This document shows positions 1 to 7,791 of a DNA stretch of 64,000 nt, one piece after another; position 1 is the first letter of the stretch; the number at the start of each line of letters is the position of its first letter. The translations under genes were made by a program, and so were the position numbers. The notes beneath the pieces are model-generated. The model was not told where the DNA came from. It saw nothing but the letters and a program-made list of their open reading frames with translations, and did not search any database. The stretch is from a virus, in IMG/VR virus record IMGVR_UViG_3300031416_000001. One strand, given 5' to 3'.

Positions 1-136
1 AAAATCGACTCTACTTAATGGGAGCGGATATCCCTCATTCCTACGAAGAAGAGTTCGAAACCGGTTGTACCCACTTTATCAAGGACTTTCTCCACATTAA
101 CCAACTTAAAACCCTGATCGGTTTAAAGGGCGATGT

Positions 137-556
137 ATGGCAAATAAAAATCAAACCTTTGCCTGGAAACCACTGGCAGCTCTCAATGGTATCCCCGTGA
201 ATCAAGTCTTTACCGTTAAGTATGGGTTTCCGCCAGAGCTTAATGAGGAGCAGTTAGAGGTATTGAAAATCCTGGTACTGAATCGTATAGATTCTATAGT
301 AACGGGCCAATCCTTTAACCGTGACACAGCAGCTCTGGTCCTTGCCCATATCACGCCCAGTCAATGGGATCTGGAGCATGGCGGAGTCGATACCTTTTAC
401 CGTCGTGAAGCCAGCATAATCGATGAGATGTTCAGCGACGTCGAAGATGATCCGGCATATCGTTCTACCCTGGGAGATTTATCTCGATGTCGACCCTCGA
501 ACTTCAAAGTGCAGTTGATCACGGAGAACCGGATTTATCTGGAGCTCCAGTTTTAG
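137..556 (+). CDS. hypothetical protein, 139 aa
   Basis: Track ORF. ATG is preceded by AAGGG 6 nt upstream. The last ~70 nt overlap the next ORF and use rare codons (cga tgt cga). Confidence 0.55.
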   Translation: MANKNQTFAWKPLAALNGIPVNQVFTVKYGFPPELNEEQLEVLKILVLNRIDSIVTGQSFNRDTAALVLAHITPSQWDLEHGGVDTFYRREASIIDEMFSDVEDDPAYRSTLGDLSRCRPSNFKVQLITENRIYLELQF

Positions 557-567
557 GCGAAACGGTG

Positions 568-870
568 ATGAACATGATGATGCAGATGTATCATCATGCC
601 AAGAAAGAGTTCTTCTTTCCAACCACGTTAGCCACCAAAGAAGTTAAGACCGTTGAAGGCATCGCTGGCGGCACCAAGGTCGTATTAAAGATCTGGGTCG
701 GTCGTAGCGCTCGCCACGGCATGGAAGAGGTGTGTTGTCGTATTAACGCCACCCCAACCATCGGCTGGGACGGCACTAACTTTGAACAAGAGTTCCTGAC
801 CCACTCCCTGGCCCTGTTCTCGGACATGACCGTTAAGAGTGACAAAGACGGTATTTATTACGTTTGGTAG
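568..870 (+). CDS. hypothetical protein, ~100 aa (track ORF 487..870 trimmed to the first ATG after the upstream stop)
   Basis: In-frame ATG at 568, 12 nt after TAG 554-556. Followed by hairpin 886-917. The true start (487 vs 568) is unresolved. Confidence 0.5.
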   Translation: MNMMMQMYHHAKKEFFFPTTLATKEVKTVEGIAGGTKVVLKIWVGRSARHGMEEVCCRINATPTIGWDGTNFEQEFLTHSLALFSDMTVKSDKDGIYYVW

Positions 871-885
871 TACCCCTCATACTTC

Positions 886-917
886 TTACTACGTCTGCCG
901 AAAGGTGGGCGTAGTAA
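886..917 (+). terminator. hairpin terminator (GAAA loop) followed by a second small GGTTC-T6-GAACC hairpin at 923-938
   Basis: A 12-14 bp stem ACTACGTCTGCC/GGTGGGCGTAGT (with G-U pairs), then a U-rich tract. Lies just after the stop at 870. Confidence 0.6.
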
Positions 918-1057
918 TATAAGGTTCTTTTTTGAACCGAAGAATTTGTGATGCGTGCACACGCAGGTGATAAGGATATTTTCTAACCGTATCAAACAAA
1001 TAATTATTTTTTTACGGTGAAGTAATTTTCTTACAACCATACGCATTTCCAAATTCT

Positions 1058-1091
1058 AAAAACAGCCTGAGCTGGATAGAAAAACAGCCTG
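1058..1091. repeat. 12-nt direct repeat AAAAACAGCCTG x2 (1058-1069 and 1080-1091)
   Basis: Exact repeat read directly from the sequence, with 22-nt centre-to-centre spacing, inside an AT-rich intergenic region. Confidence 0.8.
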
Positions 1092-1312
1092 GCAACTCGG
1101 GAGATTGACACATGCACGAAAATCCTCTTTGGGATTATTATAATAATGGGTAGTTGCTACTCAAAAGGCAACACCCTCTAGTTTAGCATATCTAGAGTTT
1201 TACGCTCAAGAAAGCTACGCATTTTTCCTACTTAGGTAGTTACACACAATCGTTCTTTAAATGGAAGTTACAAATAGCAATTCCAACTAATTACATTAAA
1301 GGATCAACGACC

Positions 1313-2194
1313 ATGCCTAACAAAGATTATGAATCTGCTTTGAAAGAGTTCCAATCAACCCATAACCAAGTGAGCGATTTGCTGACTCCGGTTGAATACG
1401 CTCGTTATCAGATATTGAGTTATCCTGACAACGTATCCATCCTGAATACAGCATTGAAGAAGAAATTAGCTCTGGATCCAAATTATGAAGTATGGGTGCC
1501 AATCCACTACTATAAGTATTTAGTACTGGACACGGCGAAAGGTGTCTCAACGTTCTACACGAAGTACGCGTTCATTAGTAACAAAGGCAATATCCACCAC
1601 ATCCGTAAGAAAACCAAGGCGCCACAGGGCCATACCACGCAGAGCGGTCACCAAAGCTCACTGGTACGTTTAATTGATGGTCCGGTTCGCTTCTCTTTAC
1701 ACCGCGCAGTTGCTTGCAGCTTCGTCCCACTTCCAGAGAAGTTTAAACATGTTGGTCACGGTTATGCCCAGGTTAAGCACCGGGATACCGACAAGGCGCA
1801 CAACGACTTCATGAACCTGGAATGGGATTCCAACGTAGTTGAACAAGAAAAGGACTTGCCGTCGGCTGTTATCCAATCCGCCATTCATCATGACCATTAT
1901 GGCATCCGTCCATTAATGGGTGAAGTCATCATCCCTGGCGAACACTTAGGTGTACGTTTCATTCGCTCTGGCGATCGCGAGATCACAGACCTGCTGGGGA
2001 CATCTGGCCTGGTTGACATCGACGAAGTTCTGCGTAATAAGGTGAAAGAAGCCAACGGCATTCGCTGGACGCCTGCCACCGACTCCGATGTTATTGTCTA
2101 TGGTACTTCTGTCATACCGACTTCGCTGGTAAGAATGCTCAGAAACTATCGCGATACCCGTTCCAACCGTGAGGCTGGCGCTATCCGCGTATAA
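1313..2194 (+). CDS. NUMOD4/HNH_3-type homing-endonuclease-like protein, paralog 1 (HNH distal half missing)
   Basis: NUMOD4-like EVWVPI..YAFISNKGNIHHIRK. HNH-like HRAVACSFVP..VKHRDTDKAHNDFMNLEW but no SEN..H. One C-terminal NUMOD1-like HTH repeat (GVRFIRSGDREITDLLG..ANGIRW). Paralogous to the next two ORFs. Confidence 0.7.
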   Translation: MPNKDYESALKEFQSTHNQVSDLLTPVEYARYQILSYPDNVSILNTALKKKLALDPNYEVWVPIHYYKYLVLDTAKGVSTFYTKYAFISNKGNIHHIRKKTKAPQGHTTQSGHQSSLVRLIDGPVRFSLHRAVACSFVPLPEKFKHVGHGYAQVKHRDTDKAHNDFMNLEWDSNVVEQEKDLPSAVIQSAIHHDHYGIRPLMGEVIIPGEHLGVRFIRSGDREITDLLGTSGLVDIDEVLRNKVKEANGIRWTPATDSDVIVYGTSVIPTSLVRMLRNYRDTRSNREAGAIRV

Positions 2195-2215
2195 CCCTGA
2201 GATGTGACAAGTTTC

Positions 2216-2239
2216 TCCCTGCTCCTTCGGGGGCAGGGG
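2216..2239 (+). terminator. hairpin terminator (UUCG loop)
   Basis: CCCTGCTCC-TTCG-GGGGCAGGG stem immediately after the stop at 2194. Confidence 0.6.
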
Positions 2240-2275
2240 TCACTTTCCTTGATTCCTTAACCCGGGAGAACGTTC

Positions 2276-3661
2276 ATGGACACGAAAAAATATAACAGTG
2301 AATTTAAGAAATTCATTAAGAACCATAATCAGCTTTCTGATTTACTCACAGCCGAAGATCTGAAGCGTTATCACGAACTCGACTTTCCTGATAATGTGCA
2401 GATTGTCCATGACGCGCTGCTGGCTAAACTGAAAGAGGACCCTGAGTACGAAGTGTGGGTACCCGTTCGCTACTTCAAGTATCTGCTGCTCAATACCGTC
2501 ACCGGTGTTAAGGAGTTCTATACCAAGTATGCGTTCGTCAGCAACAAGGGTAACTTGTACCACCTTCGCAAGACACCGCAGTTAGACGTCAACGAAGATG
2601 AAGACGAATATCAGCAAAGTGTCGTGCAGCTCACGGATGGGCCCGTTAATTTCTCAGTGAACCGTGCTGTAGCAACCAGCTTCGTGCCGCTACCCAAAGA
2701 CCTCAAAGCCTACGGGTACTACGCGCTTGAAGTGAAGCATCTTAATGACCGTAAGGGTGATAATGATTTCCGCAATCTCCAATGGTTCGCGGGTAATCAG
2801 AATGACCAGACCGTGGTCGACGTTCCTAACGTGACACCAACTGTGCGTGAAGACAAGGCTGTGGGTCATACGGTTCAAGTAGCAAGTGACAAGGAAGTGA
2901 ATCTGCTTTCTATTACAAGCAGTTCTGGCAGTCACCCCGAGCAGTACCATATCCGTCCAATCATGCTGGAAGTAATGATTCCCGGTGACTATTACGGCGT
3001 TCGTCTTATTCGCTCTACACCGAAAGAGCTGGACGATCTCTTAGGTCCAGGGATGTCATCTGCTGCTGAACATGCCGCGAGCATGAACCTTACCGTGTAC
3101 GGTTGTCGCTGGAGCTATGCTACCAACGATGAGATCGCACAGTACGGCGCATTCCGCGTACCGGCCAAGCTGCGTACTCTGTTACATGAGTTTGCTGCGG
3201 GTCACTGCATGAACATCGTGGGGACACGCGTAGCGGACGGACACATGATCCTGATTGAAGGGGATCCATTGGAAACGGAACATCTGGGGTTGAACTACTC
3301 GGATATCCTGAAAGTTTGTGATGGCGAAGAGGAAGTCCACAAGGGCTATACGTTCCGCCGTGTAGATGAGGAAGAGATGTTGCAGGTGCGTACTGCGATT
3401 GATCTCCAAAATACCCTGACCTTCCCCCCGGAGGCGCCGACCGTGAACTTCATCATGGGAAAGCGGATCTCGGATGGACACCTTATTCTGCTTTGCACTG
3501 ATCAGGAGATAGAACTGTTGGGATGGGATCCCAAGACGGTGAATAAGGCTGCACGTAAGAAAGGGTTGCCGGTGTACGGCTATGAGTTCGAACGTATTAC
3601 TGACGACCTCATGGCGCTGAACCTGCGTAACCTGATTGCTACACAGATCACCCAGTTCTAA
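2276..3661 (+). CDS. NUMOD4/HNH_3-type homing-endonuclease-like protein, paralog 2 (HNH distal half missing, three HTH repeats)
   Basis: EVWVPVRYFKYL..YAFVSNKGNLYHLRK. NRAVATSFVP..VKHLNDRKGDNDFRNLQW. Repeated modules GVRLIRS..YGCRWSY, DGHMILIEG..HKGYTFRRV and DGHLILLCT..VYGYEFERI. GGAGAA RBS. Confidence 0.7.
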   Translation: MDTKKYNSEFKKFIKNHNQLSDLLTAEDLKRYHELDFPDNVQIVHDALLAKLKEDPEYEVWVPVRYFKYLLLNTVTGVKEFYTKYAFVSNKGNLYHLRKTPQLDVNEDEDEYQQSVVQLTDGPVNFSVNRAVATSFVPLPKDLKAYGYYALEVKHLNDRKGDNDFRNLQWFAGNQNDQTVVDVPNVTPTVREDKAVGHTVQVASDKEVNLLSITSSSGSHPEQYHIRPIMLEVMIPGDYYGVRLIRSTPKELDDLLGPGMSSAAEHAASMNLTVYGCRWSYATNDEIAQYGAFRVPAKLRTLLHEFAAGHCMNIVGTRVADGHMILIEGDPLETEHLGLNYSDILKVCDGEEEVHKGYTFRRVDEEEMLQVRTAIDLQNTLTFPPEAPTVNFIMGKRISDGHLILLCTDQEIELLGWDPKTVNKAARKKGLPVYGYEFERITDDLMALNLRNLIATQITQF

Positions 3662-3673
3662 TTCTGCTACTAC

Positions 3674-3705
3674 TATAACCTCTACCCTTGCAGGTAGAGG
3701 TTATA
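3674..3705 (+). terminator. hairpin terminator
   Basis: 13-bp stem TATAACCTCTACC / GGTAGAGGTTATA with a 6-nt loop, followed by a T-rich tail. Confidence 0.7.
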
Positions 3706-3727
3706 TATTTCTTTATCGGGATTTATT

Positions 3728-4792
3728 ATGGGCATTAGAAATACAGTTGACGCGCTCGACAACTTTAAAAGAACACACGATTTGGCAGAGAAGCTATTAA
3801 CGCCTAAAGATCGTTTCATTTATTATACCAAGGACTTTCCAGAAGACGTGGAGTTCCTTTACCCTTTCTTAAAGAAAGCACTGGAGGAGAATCCCGAATT
3901 AGAAGTCTGGGCGCCTTTGTGTTACTTCACTTACGTAGGCACAGGTACAAGTAAGCGCCAAGGATTAACTAAGACACCTTACGCATATATCAGTACCAAG
4001 GGCAACATTTGGCATCTAAGGAAACCAACCAAGGCAGGAGGCGGTAATACTTCAAGCAATGGCTATCAACGATCAAGATTTAGAACGGTTGATGGCGTAG
4101 TTCAATTTGCAATTCATCGTGCTGTAGCCTGTACGTTCATTCCTCTAACAGAAGAACAGAAAGCCATCGGTTACGAAAACCTCCACACCAACCATAAGTC
4201 TACGGATAAACAGGATAATGGTGTGTTGAACTTGGAATGGATGACACATTCTGAGAACGCCCAGCATGGTGTGGATAACAACGCCCGTACTTATCTCAGA
4301 GGCCTTGATCATTACGCTTCTAAGCCGCTCTTAGGCGAGTGCATGATTCCAGGTGAATACGAGGGTGCCAAGTTCCTAATCGCCGGTAAGGAAGCCTTAG
4401 ATGCGCTCACAGACGGTAATGCTCAGTCTTGCCTACAAGCAGCTGACGGTAAGTTCAAACAAGCCAAAGGGTGTAAGTGGAAACACGCTACTGAAGAGGA
4501 TATTGAGGAATACAAAGACTACGTTATTCCTGAAGAGATGGAACAGCTTATCTTCAAGTACAACTCTAACTGGAAACAACCTATCATTGCTACTCGTTTA
4601 ATCGACGGTCATCTTATCCTTATTAAAGGTGGTCCGAAAGAACTGGCGGAACATGGCTTCACCTATCAAACGGTTTACAGTGTTTGTAGTGGGAAGAAGA
4701 GTGCGCATAAAGGTTATACTTTCCGTAGAGCTGAAGATGAGGAAGAAGTTAAAAGGATAGAAGTATTAATCGCTAAGCAGAATAAGAAGTAA
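3728..4792 (+). CDS. NUMOD4/HNH_3-type homing endonuclease, paralog 3 (complete HNH motif)
   Basis: EVWAPL..YAYISTKGNIWHLRK. HRAVACTFIP..TNHKSTDKQDNGVLNLEWMTHSENAQHG (full H-N-N-H, nt 4193-4267). Two NUMOD1-like repeats (..AKGCKWKHAT and DGHLILIKGG..HKGYTFRRA). Confidence 0.75.
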   Translation: MGIRNTVDALDNFKRTHDLAEKLLTPKDRFIYYTKDFPEDVEFLYPFLKKALEENPELEVWAPLCYFTYVGTGTSKRQGLTKTPYAYISTKGNIWHLRKPTKAGGGNTSSNGYQRSRFRTVDGVVQFAIHRAVACTFIPLTEEQKAIGYENLHTNHKSTDKQDNGVLNLEWMTHSENAQHGVDNNARTYLRGLDHYASKPLLGECMIPGEYEGAKFLIAGKEALDALTDGNAQSCLQAADGKFKQAKGCKWKHATEEDIEEYKDYVIPEEMEQLIFKYNSNWKQPIIATRLIDGHLILIKGGPKELAEHGFTYQTVYSVCSGKKSAHKGYTFRRAEDEEEVKRIEVLIAKQNKK

Positions 4793-4797
4793 AGATC

Positions 4798-4821
4798 CTC
4801 TACTCCCTTGCGGGAGTAGAG
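4798..4821. terminator. bidirectional hairpin terminator between convergent genes
   Basis: CTCTACTCCC-TTGC-GGGAGTAGAG. T9 run downstream on the + strand and a U-rich flank on the - strand. The stem core is shared with the hairpins at 36606 and 55052. Confidence 0.75.
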
Positions 4822-4839
4822 TAATCTGTTTATTTTTTT

Positions 4840-6138
4840 TTATCTAAAGGCCTGATCCCAGGCCACTGCGGAGTTTGATGTTCCGGATATGTGTGATGAC
4901 TTCATCCTCAAAAGCATAAACACAGTAGCTGTACGAGACACCGCAGCAGGCAGACGGGTTGCACTGGCACCCAAACCCTTACCGGCACACGTCTTACAGT
5001 AGTCGCCCTCTGGCGTTAAGCAGAACTGCATTGACCGTACAGGAACGACCTTGCCTTCATACTTATTCCAGTTGTCCTTGGTGATCATGACGTCTTTGCC
5101 GTTATCAATGGTAAAGCAACCCAGCCACAGTTTCTTGTTAGCAGGGTACATCATGACCATCTCGCCGACTTTAACGCCACAGTTATCTTGGACAACACGT
5201 TTGGAACCCATGATGCGCAGGATGTCTTTAACCCTTGCACCACCCTCACCGGTGGCCTTACCACGGTTGTACGCGCCTTCGATCGCCGTGTTGATGTAGT
5301 CCACCATGTGACGTGGGTCCCAACCTTTGGTCAATGGATCAACCAATGGCACCCAGGTATTGGTTTCAGAGTTATACTCGATACCAAACATAATGAACAT
5401 ACGTTTACGACAGTTACTGACGTAGCTCTTGTCGATGTAGAACGTAGCTGACTCACCTTTCATCTGGATTTCATAATCCAGGTTAACACACTGCTCAACG
5501 ATGTCGTTAAACACCAGAGGATCAGACAGGCGGTCTTTGTTCTCTTTCAACAGGCGGTTCTTGAGATCCACCACTTCTTTACTGACAGTCAGCGCATCCT
5601 TAGACCCACACTTCACGATCGCGTAGAGAATGCCTTCTAGGAAGTTAGCGTTCTTGGAGATCTTCAGTACGTCACGTACCGGCGCCTTACCTTCGGGAAC
5701 CGTTTCCCCTTCGGCTGGGTCATCCACCATGATGTCAGCAATAAAGTCACGGATCAGGCCAGGAGTGAGTTCACGGTTCTGATAAGGAATGACTTCACCC
5801 ACGGCTTCCCAGAACATCACTACGTTAAACAGGAAGATACCAAAGGTCGTGGTCATCGCTTCGCCACGTAATGCGGCGTGGAAGTCCCCTGGCATATCGA
5901 TAGTGTCTGCCATGGTAAACACAGGCTCTAACACATCACCTTCTAACGTATGCTCCACACCTTCGTGGTCATGGAACTTAAAGGTTTCCCCCTCAATCCA
6001 CACCGCATAGGGCCACTTAGATAAAATCGCCTTGGACTCTGCATCTTCGAACCCAATGGTACAAACTGACAGCATCCACTCTTTACGTTTATACGCACGG
6101 TGAGCGAACGCGGCTTTTAAGAATTCAAACTTAGTCAC
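4840..6138 (-). CDS. RNA polymerase beta-prime-like subunit fragment (region E/F bridge helix through trigger-loop helix 1), 432 aa
   Basis: TTFGIFLFN resembles E. coli RpoC [54 protein letters not shown] resembles [96 protein letters not shown] resembles [46 protein letters not shown]. No DFDGD motif is present. Confidence 0.75.
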   Translation of the reverse strand: [432 protein letters not shown]

Positions 6139-6140
6139 GT

Positions 6141-7049
6141 TTAGTTCCCCGCAGGTAAGTTCAGCGATTTGACAATAGACTCAATACGAATTAACGCAGT
6201 GAGGTCATCAAGACGCCCGTCGAAGTAATTCAACAACGCTTCCTTTATACGGTCGTCATTGAGTTCACTAATCATATACAAGGAAATAACGTTGCGTCCG
6301 TATTCGATGTAACTTTCCAATGTATCCTGTTCCAGCAACACCCGAAGTTCATGCGCAAAGAAATTCAGGTAGTTTTCTACCGGTGAACCCAAGCCACCAC
6401 CGTTACGGACGTGCTGATAACCCAGTGAACCGTCCAGAACATCTTTAGCTCCCACAACACGCTTGATAATGTTGTCAGGTGGAATGTCCTGGTTGTCATG
6501 ACCGGTCAAGGAGGCACAGATAGTATCCAGGGTCACTTCAGACACATCATCCAGTACACACTCCAGTTCAGAGATGTCTGGCTCTTCCGTATCCGTCATG
6601 GCTTTGGTGAATGCATGGATGAAACGGTACTTGGGGTGAACGTCAGTGGCCTGCAGCTGTGGATAGACAGTTGACATGCTGTCTTCAATTAACGTGACCA
6701 CGAAAAAGAAGTCGGCAATGTCACACAGTAAATCAAGGTGGTCAAGTTCTAAATAATCATTATTTAGCGTAATGCCCATCTTATTGATTATGTCCCTTAT
6801 GTTGTCGTAAATAATTTTACGTAAGGCCATACTGCGCATATTCGAATCAAGTTGCTCATCAACGACCAGCTCGATGATTTGTGTGCTCACCAAAGATTCA
6901 GGAAACGCACGGAAGACAATAGCGAGTCCTTTTTCAAAGAGTTCTACGTGCGGCTCGGGAATAGTTTCCATGAACTCGTTCCAAACGTTACCGCAATGAT
7001 CGATAACCAAATCTCTGTTTATCAGAATGGTATTGTTCACCATTGTCAT
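6141..7049 (-). CDS. hypothetical acidic protein, 302 aa (first gene of the operon containing the beta-prime fragment)
   Basis: Long ORF ending 2 nt before the start of 4840..6138. No motif recognised. Confidence 0.8.
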   Translation of the reverse strand: MTMVNNTILINRDLVIDHCGNVWNEFMETIPEPHVELFEKGLAIVFRAFPESLVSTQIIELVVDEQLDSNMRSMALRKIIYDNIRDIINKMGITLNNDYLELDHLDLLCDIADFFFVVTLIEDSMSTVYPQLQATDVHPKYRFIHAFTKAMTDTEEPDISELECVLDDVSEVTLDTICASLTGHDNQDIPPDNIIKRVVGAKDVLDGSLGYQHVRNGGGLGSPVENYLNFFAHELRVLLEQDTLESYIEYGRNVISLYMISELNDDRIKEALLNYFDGRLDDLTALIRIESIVKSLNLPAGN

Positions 7050-7083
7050 ACAGTTAACCTTTTTATTTAAAGAGAGTCATAAC

Positions 7084-7791
7084 ATGACCCAGAAATTAAG
7101 TGATAAAATTCATGCGGATCGTTTGAAGAAACGTGCAGCCCGCGACGCAAAACGCAACAAGCCAAAGAAAGTGGCTGGTCACGCCCGTGTTCGCCAAGAA
7201 CGTGTTGAGCGTTACACCAACAATGCCATCGCAGGTCTGCTGGCGCGCGGTCAGGCTGTAAACGGTCGTGAACTGGCTATCGGCGACGTTATGCAGATGA
7301 TTAACCACACCATTGAAACCAATGCGGGCGTTGGGTCTGTTGTTGAAACGCTGGAGATCCTGGAGCGCGAAGGCAAGCTCGTTATCTCTGAAGAACTCCG
7401 CACCACCATCGATGCGTTCGATCACGATGTGGTTCGCTTTAATGAGAACGCCGAAATCATCAACATCGCACTGCAAGGTGAAACCAACCTGCTGGGCGTG
7501 CCGCCTGAACTGCTGATGGATACCGGTTTCCGTTCTGACAGACTGGTCACTGAACTGTGTCCTAAAATCATGGCTGACGCAAGCGAGTTCACCGCGCCAG
7601 TTGAAACCTACCTGAAAGAACATTATCCGAACCAGAACTACCGCCAGATTATGTTCAACATCGCACTGACCCGCTTAGCGCGCATTGCGCCGAAGTATGC
7701 CACTGCGCGTAATGCTGAAGCAGAAGAAGTCATCTGTGAAGATGAGGCTGCTGATATCAACCATACTCTCGATAATCGTGAGGAAGTATAA
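7084..7791 (+). CDS. hypothetical protein with a basic N-terminus, 236 aa (track ORF trimmed to ATG 7084)
   Basis: ATG 7084 avoids overlap with the divergent gene. Strong preferred-codon bias. TAATG stop/start overlap with the next gene. Confidence 0.75.
   Translation: MTQKLSDKIHADRLKKRAARDAKRNKPKKVAGHARVRQERVERYTNNAIAGLLARGQAVNGRELAIGDVMQMINHTIETNAGVGSVVETLEILEREGKLVISEELRTTIDAFDHDVVRFNENAEIINIALQGETNLLGVPPELLMDTGFRSDRLVTELCPKIMADASEFTAPVETYLKEHYPNQNYRQIMFNIALTRLARIAPKYATARNAEAEEVICEDEAADINHTLDNREEV

Noticed and set aside
3-200. Frame open from the window edge to TGA 198-200 (track ORF 18..200), possibly the 3' end of an upstream gene
   Set aside because: It overlaps the better-supported ORF starting at 137 by 64 nt, and its distal part uses rare codons. 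This cannot be resolved without upstream sequence.
858-1052. 64-aa minus-strand ORF in the AT-rich spacer
   Set aside because: It has an Ile/Lys/Arg-rich low-complexity translation and no RBS. It spans terminator hairpins, so it is most likely non-coding.
1105-1144. Sigma70-like promoter: TTGACA (1105-1110) with TATAAT (1139-1144) or TATTAT (1136-1141)
   Set aside because: The spacer is 28 nt (or 25 nt), far from the 17 +/- 1 nt required. It is probably a chance hexamer in AT-rich DNA.
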